From Lama guanicoe (lineage: Eukaryota): a DNA stretch of 64,000 nt. The stretch is taken from NCBI GenBank assembly GCA_013239625.1, contig MU053933.1:2905817-2969816 (forward strand), in the 5' to 3' direction. The notes under the pieces are model-generated. The model was not told the DNA's origin. It saw only the letters and a program-made list of their open reading frames with translations, and ran no database searches. The stretch's first letter is position 1. Every line of letters starts with the position of its first letter. Of the stretch, positions 32,320 through 44,220 are shown piece by piece. The translations under genes were made by a program, and so were the position numbers.

Positions 32320-35300
32320 GTTCCGGCTCCGATGGACCAACAGAGCCCAGATTTACTCTCCCACAGGAAACAACGGAAGAACCAGACAGACCTAGGGAGC
32401 AGCAGTTGTCAGACACCGGAAAACAGGAGGCATACGAAGTGTTCCCTGAGACGAGAGACAAACGAGCTGAGACCCAGAAGGGCCGGAGAGTCCCCGCCGT
32501 GGCACCGGGAAGGGGGTCCAGGAAGAGCGCCTGGTTGCCCAGTCGAGGAAATAGCAGGGAGTCCAGGAAGCAGAGGTGGCTGGGAATCACAGGACAGATC
32601 CCTACACTGATGAGAGCCGCCCAGAGGGAGTTCCAGAAACCTGCAGGGGACCCCACCCAGAACGCAGGTGAGCGTGGATCAGTGCTTGTGGGCCAGGAAA
32701 GCACCCAAGGCCAGGGAGGGAGCCAGCGAAGGAGAAGAGGAGCAGTCCTCAGAGCGCGCAGGGCCAGGAGTGGCGCCGCTCCCTCCAGCCAGAGCGGAGA
32801 TCCTCGTAATTTGTGGGGCACTGAATGGAGTATCCGGAGGGCCTTGCTCGGTAGGAGGAAAACAGCCCCTAGGCCAAGGCTGCCCTGGTCTTGCCGTGAA
32901 AGCTGGAAGTGAGCCTCGACAGAAGTAAGTTTTTCTATATCACTTAATTGCATTCCAGAACAAAGCTCAAGAGTGTTTACGGGAAGACAAAATATATCCA
33001 ACCTGGAGAAACGACGATGTCTGGCATCTAATAGAAAATCACTGGACATGCAAAAAGGCCGGAGAGCAGCCCTGAAAATCAGGGTGGAAGCCACTCAGCA
33101 TACACAGGCCCGGAAGCGGCAGAAGGCAGGGCTGGCAGACAAGGACGTGCAGCAGGTGTCACAGCGGCGTGTTCACGTTCAAGCAGGCGGGAAAAGAGCG
33201 CGCGTGTGAAGAGAGACCAGGAAGACCCAAAGGGACCCAAATCAGATCTCTAGAGACGAAAACTGCTGTGTCTGAGGTGAGAAGCACACCGGTGAGAGGG
33301 GCTTCACAGCAGATCAGACCTTTCAGAGGAGGAGATAGTGAGCCTGAAGACACAGCACTAGAAACTGCATAAAATGAAACAGAATACACCAAAAAGTGAA
33401 CGAACCAGAGACGGACACACTGTAAATGACAGGACTTCAATAAAAGTGAACAGAGAACAGTGACTTATGTGACGAGCTGCACTTCTGTAACGTACGTGAC
33501 ACCGAGACTCCCAGTGACAGAGGGGACAAATACTCGAGCAACATAAGCCCACCGGCCAAGTCTCCATAAACCCCAAGCACAAGAGATGCCAAGAAAACAA
33601 TACTGACATGTCATGATCAAACTGCTCAAAACTGAAAAAGGGACAAAGGGACAAAGAGAAAAATCATAAAACCAGCGAGAAGCAGGAAAAACAGTTCACA
33701 CACAGAGGAACAAAGGCCAGAACGACAGCCGCGTTCCCGCGGAGACAGGGCGAGGGGAACGCGGAGGAGCAGCGTCCGCACTGAGACGGGAGGACCCGAC
33801 CCAGAGTCTGCACCCAGTGGGAGCGCCCTTCAAGGCGGAGGTGCAAAGACCGTTTCAGACGTGAAAGACAGAGCCTTTGCAGCAGGAGGCACACGTCGTA
33901 AGACGTATTAAGGGAGGTCCTTCGAGAGGGGAAAAACCTGAATCAGTACAAAGGAATGAAAAGCACTAGAAATGGAAAATTTATGGATAAATAGAGAAGA
34001 TGTATTTTAAAGATCTTTTAAAAATATAACTGACTTCCTAGAGAACGTATAGTGTGTTGGGAGGTTCATCACAAAGATGGAAGTAGAGTGTGCAACGACA
34101 ATCGCATAAAGGCTGGGGGGGCACTCTTGTAACGTAACATTACTGTGCGGAAGGAAGGGCGTGTGCCACGAGCCCTGGGCCACACATGAGAGAAAGAGAC
34201 AGGAATTATGGCTCCTAAGCCATCACAGAAGACGTACGGAATTAAAGACTCCATTTGCCTAAATGTAGGCAAAAAAGGGAAAACAGCCGATGAGACAAAT
34301 TTAAGATACATAGTAAGAGGATAGGGCTGAACTTAACCACATCGGGGGCGGGTGTAGCTCCAGTGGGAGAGTGCGTGCTGAGCGCTGGGTGCAACCCCCG
34401 TACCTGCTCTAAAAATGAGGAAACCTAATTACCTCCCCCCAAAACTAAATCAGTAAATCAGTCTTCAAGAACATGTTTTAATTACTAAAAAATAAACGTA
34501 GCCATATCAGTAGTCACACTGCTGTTCTAATGGCCCAGACATGCCAGTGGAAGCAGCAGCGGTAAGACTGGATGAAAAAGCAAGCCCGAACAGCACGCCG
34601 CCGACAGGAGAAGCACTTCAAATGCAAGGACACGAACAGGCTAAAAGGAAAAGGGTGGGAAACGATACACCATTTAAAAGACGGCCGAGTGACTCGGGGA
34701 ACAGCAGCAGACGAAGCAGATGTCAGAGCAAGGAGCAGTGTACGAACCTGAAGGGTGGGTTTTAGTACGGAAGGGACCGCTTCCTCGGGAGGACTTCACA
34801 GTCCTCGGCACTTACGTCCCGAATAACGAACCTCCACGTGAAGCAAGGCCTGTTAGAGCCAGAAGGAGACGAGGACGGAGGGACAGTCACAGCCGGAGAC
34901 GCCGGCGCCCGACCTCGGCAGCTGACTGGCCACGCGGGCGGAGAGCTGAGTAAACGCTCAGAGACGGGAACCACGCTGTCGACCAGGTCGGTGTTCTCGG
35001 GCTGTCGCCGGCCCCAGCGCAGCGCGGTCTGCTCGGCTGCACACGGTGGACTGGCTCTGCTGCGTGGCGGGGGAGCAGACCCCGCACCATGGGGGCCGCC
35101 GGGCCAAGTGATGACACCACACCCAAGGCTGAGCGTGCGATGACTCCATATGTATGAAATTCTGGGAAACGCAGATTCACGGGTGGCGACAGGAAGCCGG
35201 TCAGCCATGCCCGGAGACGGGGGAGGAAGCAGCTCTGGGGGGGAGTGTCCACGACCTTGGCATGAGGGCTGGTCTCACAGGACGGTGCACATCAAATTGT

Positions 35301-35345
35301 CCACTTAAAAGGTGTGCGGTTTGTTTGTGTTTCCAATAAAGCTGC
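32320..35345 (+). mobile_element. Old L1M element: 5' region, ORF1 remnant, start of ORF2 endonuclease, then 3' end
   Basis: ORF1-like HVMIKLLKT...FTHRGTKARTTA at ~33607-33735. Endonuclease-like DWMKKQARTARRRQEKHFKCKDTNRLKGKGWETIH at 34566-34670. L1M-type 3' end catcaaattgtccacttaaaaggtgtgcggtttg...caataaagctg at ~35290-35344. Confidence 0.8.
34344..34494 (+). mobile_element. tRNA-Ala-derived SINE (Vic-1-like) inserted into the L1
   Basis: gggggcgggtgtagctccagtgggagagtgcgtgctgagc...aaacctaattacctcccccc; degenerate TSD aacttaaccacatc / aacgtagccatatc. Confidence 0.85.
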
Positions 35346-38344
35346 AGGGGAATCACAAGCAATCCCAGAAACTGGAGCCGCGGCTTTTCGGTGAAATCTG
35401 TGAATCGGTGTCACAGGCATGGGGACCAGGGAGGGGAAGCCACAGGCCACAGCGCCGCTTCTTGCTTTGACCCCCAACAGTGTGTTAACGTTCTCTCTGG
35501 GTTTTAAAGTGATAAATGTACCCTGAAAATGCCCAAGTCTGCGGACACAGATAGTAACTTGAGCTGGTGCACACTACGCGGAGCTGTGTCCGTGGGCCTG
35601 GTTGTGGTTCCCCCAGCCTCGCTGGACAGCCAGCAGTTTGGGTGGAGGAAGTCGTAATTTTAAGACAAACGTGCCTTTTGAGTTCTGTCTTTCAATGTGT
35701 GTCATGTTTAAAAAACAACACTGCTACGCGCTGGCTGCCCTCTCTCACGCTGAGTGGAGACGCGCCCCGCTGAGCATCTTGGCAGCCTGCGTGCCATCCC
35801 GGGGCGGGTGTGTGTGTGACCAGATTCGGTCTCCAGCACCCGGATGGAAATTTCCAGAGATGTTTTTCCTTCGTCACGTCTTTAATTTGTCAAATGGGCC
35901 TCTTGCTCTGGTTGCCAGGTTCGTACAGCTGCCAAGACCAGGGCTGGCCTGCGTCCCCAAGGAGGCGTTTCCGCCGCCCGGTCCTGGACCAGGACCCGCG
36001 GGAGTCTGAGGGCGCGTGGGGCCCACCTTGCTCCCGTGGAGATGAACGCGCAGCCTCCCCAGACAGGCCCCCTTGAAGCTCGTGCTGGCTTCCTCGTTTC
36101 AGTCTGACAAGAGGGAGGCAGATGCCTCTGACTCACGACACGGCTGGTGCTCCGAGGTCCCTGTGGATGGATTTGTCCTGGGTGAGAGCCCGTGCTATTC
36201 CCGCCACCCTGACCTTGAGAACACAGCGTGTCCTCGGGCCTAACCTTCTCCTCCCTGCAGTGAGGGTTCCCTTCTAGTCAAAGTTTCCAGGGCTCTTTGG
36301 GTCCTGATTTGATGCTTTTTATAAAGTTAGAAAAAGGAAAGGACTTTTATTTCCTGTAATATGAAAGCAGTGAGTGTCGGTGAGGACACCAGCAGGCTTG
36401 AGAGCCTTACGTGAGTGCCTGCAGCTTTGCTTCCGGGGAGAACAGGTTAAATCTCTCCTAGCGTGGAACGTGCACCCGTGTCAAAGTCAAAGGCCAGGAT
36501 GGACACACGCCGGGACGTGGTGGCACCCGGGGCTGTTTTCAGCAGAGGCAGGAGATTTAACCGGAACTCTGGGGTAACGGGTGCAGTTTGAGGAGGACCC
36601 CTGGTCTCCCGGTCCCCACAGATCGGAGCTGAGGATGCGAAGCTGGAGGAGGCAGGGGCCGCCCCACCTGGCCCTGGATGTCTGGACCCAGCTGGGCTCC
36701 CACGGTCTTACCTGGGGAGGGGGCTGCCCACGTGGAATCTGGGCTGGCCGGCACAGTCACCTTGCCAAGCTGTCCACGTCTTCTCTGGCGAGGGTGGTGC
36801 TCTGGTTGTGGGATCAGAATCACCGTCTGCACTGGCAGGTTCAGGAGGGGCTTCGTCCTCAACCACAGGGCAGTTTCGTGGTCTTTGCCAGGTGGTCTGG
36901 GACAGGAGGGAGCCCCCTCTCGTGGAGCGTGAGTGTGAAGACCAGAACCCGCAGCTACCTTGACATCAGGAGAGAGGCCGCCCCGAGGATGAGACCGACA
37001 GGCGGAGCGCTGCGCAAACACGTACTGGCAGCGGTGGGACTGGACACCTGATCGCTTCACACCTGGAGCCGCTCTGCCCCTGGACTGCCCTGTCACGGGA
37101 GTCAGCACTTACTAGCAAGCTCGAGCTGGGGCCAGTCTGAGCTGAACATTCTCTTTCTTGAAACTGAGAGGGTCGCATCCGCGCCAGTACCAGGAAGTGC
37201 GTTTTCTAGAACTGGAGTGCGTCGAACTCTCAGGCTGTTGAGGCTGATCTTGTGTTGGTTCATCCACACGAAGAAGAATGATGCAATAACACAGCGACTG
37301 GCCCCGAAGTGGAGGGTCTGCAGTGGGGGCGTCCGCAGGGTGACCAGCAGGTGCCAAGTCCCCACAGTCAGGAACTCACTTCATGTTCCAGCAATGTTAC
37401 ATGTGGGAACTGTAACCACTTCCATCTTCAGAGGAGGAGGTGGCCAGGAGAAGCCACCAGGCTGCCTCCTGGGCCCCCGGCAGGGGCGGGGGGGCGACAG
37501 CCTGGGGGCCACATCCAGCTTCCCCGCCAAGCCCCTGCCCGGCACACGCAGGGGGCCACGCGCGGCTCGCTGCGGGGAGGGCGCCAGGTGGACGCCAGCA
37601 TGGTCGGTGAGCTGCCCGCTTCCCTTCCCCGGTCTTTTTCTCCTCCACTGGACACTCGCCGGATGTTTCTGGAACTCCCGCCGCCAACGCATTCCCGGCA
37701 CCTGTCTGTGTTCCTCCGCTTTGATTCTTTAAAGCAACAGCGTACATTTAAATTGTTTCTGTTTATCCCTCGAAAGTGTCCGCAGTCCTCACGCGTGTGG
37801 GATTGCGTCTCCAGTGACGTTCATGGCTTCACGTTCCTTTGCATCTGGGCAGCGGGCCACTCGCATGTCTTGCCCGTGGTCCCTTGTGCCTTCACACGCG
37901 GACTTCCTGGGGCTCCCACGCGCACCCTGTTTTATCTCCATCTCCTTGTCTTTCTTCCGGGGTGGCCTCCCCCCTCCCGGCCAGGGGGGCCTTCTCTCGT
38001 GTTTCCGTTTCTGTGGCCGAGCACGTTTGGGGTGGGGGGGCTCTGCCTCCAGGCCGGTGGGGCCTCGGGATGGTTCCACGGAGCTCCCTCCGCCTCTTGT
38101 GTTTTCTGGGCTTGCCTGTCCCCCGGAGTGCGGCAGCCTCGACCCTGTTGGGGGCGGGGAGTGTCCTGCTCACGATGCTCCTCCCGGGCGGTGACGCTAA
38201 CTGAGCAGGACCCTCTGGCGCCTCCCCAGAGCACCCCTCCTCCCCGTCCGTCCTCTGCCTGCCTCTCGTTCGCAGAAGTGCCGTTGCCTCTCAGGCCTCC
38301 CTCGGGCCGCAAAGCCTGGCTCTTAACACTGAAGGGATGCGAAC

Positions 38345-38792
38345 TGTAGAGACAAAAGCAGCAGCTGGGCCAGGAGCACTGGTGGTGGCGGTTTATATAG
38401 TAAATCAGCCATGTGGCGCAGCCTTTAGCTCCCCCCTGAAGTGCCCGCGTGACAGTGTCTGACGCGCGCTCCCAAGCTGTTCTGCAGGCGCTAAACCCCA
38501 CCAGACGGAGGAAGTTAACTGCGCGATGACCGTGAGTGCGCAGCCCTGGTCTGGGTGGAGCCAGAAGGCTGGCGACTGAGATTCCTGGAGCTCCACCACC
38601 CAGAGCAAGCTCACACACCCCGCAGCCCTCAGCCCAAGTCTCGCCTTCAAAAGCGCTTCCCTGGAAGCCAGCAGGGAGTTGCCCGTTCTGCCTGCTTGGC
38701 CCTGCAATAGACCTTTCTCTGCTCTGAACTCCGATGTTTCGGTCTGTCTGGCCTTGCCACGCGCTGGGCACACAGACTTGGGTTGGACAGCA
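38345..38792 (+). mobile_element. ERV1-class solo LTR (cetartiodactyl type)
   Basis: cctgcaatagacctttctctgctctgaactccgatgtttcggtctgtctggcc...gggcacacagacttgggttggaca resembles the R/U5 of an artiodactyl LTR family as I recall it; starts with tgtagagac; TSD not evident. Confidence 0.55.
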
Positions 38793-39656
38793 AAATAAAG
38801 GAGAGACCTGCACGCCCCAGGCCACCTGCCTCGGGCCTGCACGAGCCACCACCCCTGCCACAAGCCTGCCTCTGTCCTGGGACGACCTCCTGGCCCGAAG
38901 CAGCTGGACGCCCAGCCCCTCTGCCCGTGGCGGGGTCCCTCCCAGCGGAGGCACAGCTCTGGCTGCGGTCGCGAGGGAGAGGCGCCCACGGGCTTTGGGG
39001 CAGACGTGAGGGGCAGTGGGATGGCAGCCTGAGTCCACCTGGTGGTGGCGGCGGCGGTTTCTGCTTCCCCCGGGTCTCGGCCCATCAGTCTTGGGCTCTG
39101 TGAGTGTGGCCTGAGTGTTTGTTGTCAAGGTGCTGCAGTTACCTTGCCCAGAAGGTGCAGAGACCCTGCTGTGACTTTCTGAGGACAATGGTGACATCAC
39201 AGACTTCAATTTCCATCCTTTTTCTGGGAGAGAGACCCCCCAGGTGCTTGTTGACAGTCTGGGAACTGGGGCTGAAGAGGGCGTGGCCGGGGCACGCAGG
39301 TGGCCGGGAGTCCCCTAGGTGCGTGTGGACCTGGTGGACGGATGACACAACTGGCCGCAGACTGAGAGGCCAGGACTTTCCCCTGCTTTCCTCCACTCAC
39401 ACGCCGTCTTAGGGAGAACCATCAGCCAGGTGACCCCTCTGTCCAGGCGCCCAGGTGCCGCGGGAGCATCGGGCAGACGGGCTGTGCATGGACAGCTGGG
39501 GCAGCGGCTTCCAGGGTCGTCACCTGGCAGGGCCCCATTTGCTGCTGGTGAGGCTCCGACATCCCTCGGTGGGCATCTGTAGGACGCAAAGCTGCCAGAA
39601 CCTCCCGGTGCTCCGTGGGATTTGGGTGATCAGGTCTGTCCAGGACTCAGGAATCC

Positions 39657-39660
<4 letters not shown>

Positions 39661-39690
<30 letters not shown>
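39661..39690. repeat. (TG)n microsatellite
   Basis: Uninterrupted 30-nt TG run. Confidence 0.95.
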
Positions 39691-39692
<2 letters not shown>

Positions 39693-42139
39693 GCGGGATG
39701 GGTGGGATGGGCTGGGAATCCTCATTGCCCCGGCCTGCCACTCCTCTGTGACTCACTTCTCATCCTTCCACATGCTAACTGGGCCCCAGCCTGGGGAAGC
39801 AGCGGGGCTTTGGGGGTGGCAGGGCTGTGTCCTTGTTCAGTTCACAGCCAGGCAGGTGTGGGCAGAAACTCGCCCGTGTTCCCGAGCATGGGTTCAGCCT
39901 CCAGCCCAACATGCGCCCCACAGGGCAGTGTGGGCATCTGCACTGGCACCTCCAGTGTTCTGGGTCTGCTCCTGCCACGTCTTCCTGAGCACCCTGCCTG
40001 GACCCAGAGCCCACAGCGGCCTGGCCCACGGCCTCCGTCCTGCTGCTGAAGCGCAGCACTGTACGGCTGCGCCTACCTTCAACGGCCTCTGAGCTGGGCA
40101 ACAGGGTCCCCGAGGATGGTTTCCCTTTCCTCAACCATCCAGAAAGGACGGGGAGGCCTGGGGAGGTCACGCGTGCCAGGGGTCCTGAGCTGGTGGTCCC
40201 CCCGGGGCCAGACCAGTGCTTGCAGGGGCTCACACCTCCTGGGGCATCCAGGGTGCTGCTCGGGAAGGTGGTGAGAGACCCACGTTGGGGCAGGGCTCTG
40301 AGGTCAGAGTTGCTCTGGACACGGTACCCCCTGCAAGCTCTCTAAGCACTTCATGCTGCAACCCCAGGCACAGACGTCTCAGACCAGGGGCTGCTACTTG
40401 GTGCCACAGGCAAAGCCCGGACCCGGGAGGGGTGTCTGGGCAGGACCTGCCTGGACAGAGGCCCATGCGGGGCGGAGGGAGTGACTGAGGCTCAGGTGCG
40501 CCAGGGGCCTGGACGCTAGGGAAACCTCCGTTCGGGCCTCTGGATGCGGTGAACAGATTTTGCTGTGACTTCTAACTGCTGTTTCTTTTCTGAATACAGA
40601 GAACCAAGAAGGACCCCAGGATTCATGTGGGCCCCAAGGCAGGAACCACTCTAGAAGGAGCATCCAAGCTGGACACCTGCATTTCCCTGAGTCCTGGCTG
40701 GTCACCCTGCAGATGTGCCCACTGAAGGCCGGGCCGTGCAGAGAAGGGCGGTCACCTCCTGCCGGTTTCCAGGGAACACACACACTAGCCAGCCTATGGA
40801 GCCAGGTGTCCGTTTTCCAAGCAACTGCTGGTGGCAAAACCCTGTGGGGGCTTGTGAACAGTGCCGGCTCCTGGCGCCACCGCGGGCCCGGAACCTGCAT
40901 TTCCAGCCTCTGCAGCCACAGGCACCAGGCTCACCAGGGTGATTTCAACAGCCCCACCCCGTGTGGGAAGCATCAGCGTCTCTCAGACACATGCCAGGAT
41001 CCAGACCCCAGTCTTCTCAGCGTCCTCCCTGACAGCAGACAGCCCGGCATCCCCCTGCAGGGCACGATGCCTCGACAGACCCCTGGGCAGACGGACCCTT
41101 GTGGAGTCCTGCCCTGGGGACATGCTGAAGCTGACTCCTCACCAGGGAGGCCCCATGGGGAACAGGGTTGCTCGGCCCCTCCCCTGACCTTCTTGCTGGC
41201 TGAGCAGAAGCCCCAAGCCCCCGCCCCAGTCTCAAAGACCTCCCACGCCCACTCCAACCCAGGTGCACATCATGCCCCGCCTCCGGGGGCTGTCGGCTTT
41301 GCCGGAGCTTCATCGTGGCCTTGAACTTTGCCCTGGGTGTGTTTGCGGGGAAGTGAGTCCTTCCCCCACCCTCACTGAGCGTGGAGGGCAGGGGGCCACC
41401 CCCCTCGGGCTGGGCCCCTGGGTTTGCAGGAAGGCCCTTGACTTCCCTGCTTGTCCCCGGCCCTGGTGCCCCAGGGTGAGTGGTCCCAGGACGGGCCCTC
41501 GGGAGGTGGGGACAAGCTCTGTCCTGCCACTTCCAGGCCCAAGCAGGCCACAGGAGCCGGCTCTTCCCTGTGCCCTCCCCCGCGTGTGTCCGTCTGCCCA
41601 GCTCTGTGAGTGGGGCTTTGGGGTCATCGCTCTTTCGACCGGAGCCTCTCCGAGCTGATTTACATTCAAGCGCGGAGGCTCCTGGGTGGCAGGACATGGC
41701 GCCTGTCCCATGTTCCATTAGCTAATTGCGTCTCTGCCCTCCTTCCCTCCTGGGGGAGGCAGCTTGGCTGGACTATCCACCTTCCACAAGAACAACATCC
41801 TTCTGCCCTTGTTTTGTCCTCCTCTTACTGAGAGCAGGAAAGGGCCCCCTCTTCCTGGAGACCCCAGCTCGCTCTTTACCCTCACCCCCTACCCCCAGCT
41901 CACCCTCAGCCACCCACAGTTTAGCTGGAGTCCCTGCAATGAGGTGGGAACTCCTGGTTTTCGTGGGCCGTGAACTGCAGTCTCATTTTACTGGAATCAG
42001 GGCAGCAGGGCTGATGGGACACTTGGGGGGGACCCAGGCCTTCCCAGGGAGGTGAGATGCCCCTTGTGTCCCCAGAGGTCAGGCCAGGGCCTCGCACAAA
42101 AGGTGTCGCCTCGGGGGTCTCACCTGGGGTGCTTGCCAG

Positions 42140-42660
42140 GGCCGGGTGTGGGTGGGAGGAGGCAAAGGTGTCGGTCTCTGCCCCCGGCTCCTGACACGGG
42201 GCTCCCGAAAGCCTTGCAAATTCCCAAGTGACATGAGCACTGGGATCCTCTTGTGTCCTAATGAGGCGACTCGGGTCGGGGGGTCTCCTGGGTGGGGGCT
42301 GGTCTCAGCAGAGGGACCAAGCCAGGACTGGGACCTTGGCGCTTTCAGCACCCACCTACCCTCTGTGGGCAGGAGCTCTGCGCCCGTCTTACTGATAGTA
42401 AAGAGGCCCCTCGAGAGAGACCAGTGCCCCAGCGCCATTTTCGGGCTGGAGGACTGTAGCGTGATCCAGCGCCACGCAGGGGCGGGGCTGCACTCCACAG
42501 TCAGGTGTGGCCTCCTGGCCAGAGCGGTACCAAAGCTCAGGGCTCCCAGTGTCCTTCCTGCCCTCACATCGCTCCGCTGGGACGGGGTGAATAAGGGCCC
42601 TGTCCTCTGGGGGGCAGTGCAGCCTCTCGGGGCTGGCACAGCATCCTTCTAGAATCAGAG
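42140..42660. mobile_element. MER21-like LTR
   Basis: ggtctctgcccccggctcctgacacggggctcccgaaagccttgcaaattcccaagtgac...gggggctggtctcagcagagggaccaagcc resembles the MER21 consensus as I recall it. Confidence 0.55.
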
Positions 42661-43859
42661 ACACGGGGCAGGCTGAGTCAGAGGACACCCCAGCCACACG
42701 CCCCTCCCCGCAAGACCGCAGCTCCTTCCTTCCTGCCCAGGGTTGGTCCATCTCCCCAGATGGTGTGGCTTTGCTCCAGGGGGGCCCCTGGGGGTTCAGG
42801 TAGGTGCAGGCACCCCCTGCCCATTAGCTGTCTCCCAGCCTCCCCAGCCCCCCACCCCCGCGAAGGCTGGGGAGCTGGCACCCTGCCTCCTGGCTCTGGA
42901 CCCTGCCGGCTGCGCCCGCCTCTCCTGGGCCCAGGAGTGATTTGCACCTATTTGCAGGGAGGAAGCAGCAGCTGCGGCCTCGTCCCATGGGGATGTCTCA
43001 GAATCAAACAGTTTCCCTGAACTCGGTTGAACAAGAGGTGGAGAAATTTGCTTCGACATGTGGCTTTTGGCTCCTGCCAAGTGCTGGGAACCTTGGAGCC
43101 GGGGCGAGCATCCCGCCTGCACATGCTCTGCAGCCCGTGGGGCTGCGTTGCCGGGACCCCACAGGGCCCGAGGGGCTCCTGGCTTCCTAGGACCCACTCC
43201 AGAAAAACCAGTGAGAGTTCTATGTTACAGCTGTTTGTACAAAGACCAATGTATTTATATTACACAAGAAAACATTTTCTTCAAGCTGAAAATTCTTCAT
43301 TTTATTTATGATTTTACAAGTAATTAAAGCATTGAGTGGGCCCAGGCTGGCAGGAGACACAGAAGGTTCTAAATCCTGGAGGAGCTTGGATACATGGAGC
43401 GTGTAGAGGGTGGGGGTGCCTGTGTGGCGGTGGGAGTGCGGTGGGCCCAGCGGGGCAGTGGGGAGGGCCAGCGGGCCCCACGGCGTGGGCGTGGGCACAC
43501 GGGGCGGGGCTCACCCCCCAGCATATATACCTTTGAGCGCCTGGAACCAGAGCACAGCCCACCCCCACCACCCGTGCAAAGGCACCACCTGTGAACGTGT
43601 GAACACCGAAAGCAGTGAGCTGGCAGGCTGCATGGGGCGCTGGGCATGGGGCTGGCTCCTGGCCTCCAGGCTTCGGTGCGTCTGGTGAGTCTGTAACAGC
43701 CCTGGGGCTGGCGTGACTGGTGTGACTTCTGCACTCCAGAAGCGTCCAGACTCCCTGCCTGTCGGGAGCAAGGCCAGCGGGCAGCAGGGTGGAGGTGACA
43801 TGGGCCCCCCTGTGGGACCCTGGTCCTGCCCTCAGCCTCAGAGGATAGATTTGGGGGTC

Positions 43860-44220
43860 ATTGTGCTGAGCTGTGCCCCCTAAGTTCACATGCTGGAGCC
43901 CTAACCCTAGCATTTCGGAATTTGACCGTAATTGGAGATGTGGTCTTTACAGAGGTAATTAAGTCGAAATGAGGTCACTCGGGTGGGTGCTGATCCCACA
44001 GGACTGGTGTCCTTAGGAGAAGAGGTGATCAGGACACAGACACACACAAAGGGGTGACCAGGTGGGGACGTAAGGGAAGACGGTGTCTATGTGCCCAGGA
44101 GAGGGGCCTCACCCACACTGTGGCTTTGGACGTCCAGCCTCCGACTGCAGGAGAGAGAGCTGCTGCCGTCTGAGCCCCGGTCTGCGGCACTTTGTCTCGG
44201 GGCCTCCTCTCAGGGAGGCT
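43860..44220 (+). mobile_element. MaLR LTR (MLT1-like)
   Basis: gccctaaccc...ttggagatgtggtctttacagaggtaattaagtcgaaatgaggtca...gactggtgtccttaggagaagagg...ccagcctccgactgcaggaga. Confidence 0.8.

Noticed and set aside
32199..33094. 237-aa and 279-aa ORFs on opposite strands
   Set aside because: They lie within the decayed 5' region of an L1 and show no coherent protein similarity.
37309..39209. 346-aa (+) and 425-aa (-) ORFs
   Set aside because: They run across repeat-derived sequence, including a solo LTR; composition is low-complexity with no recognisable domain.
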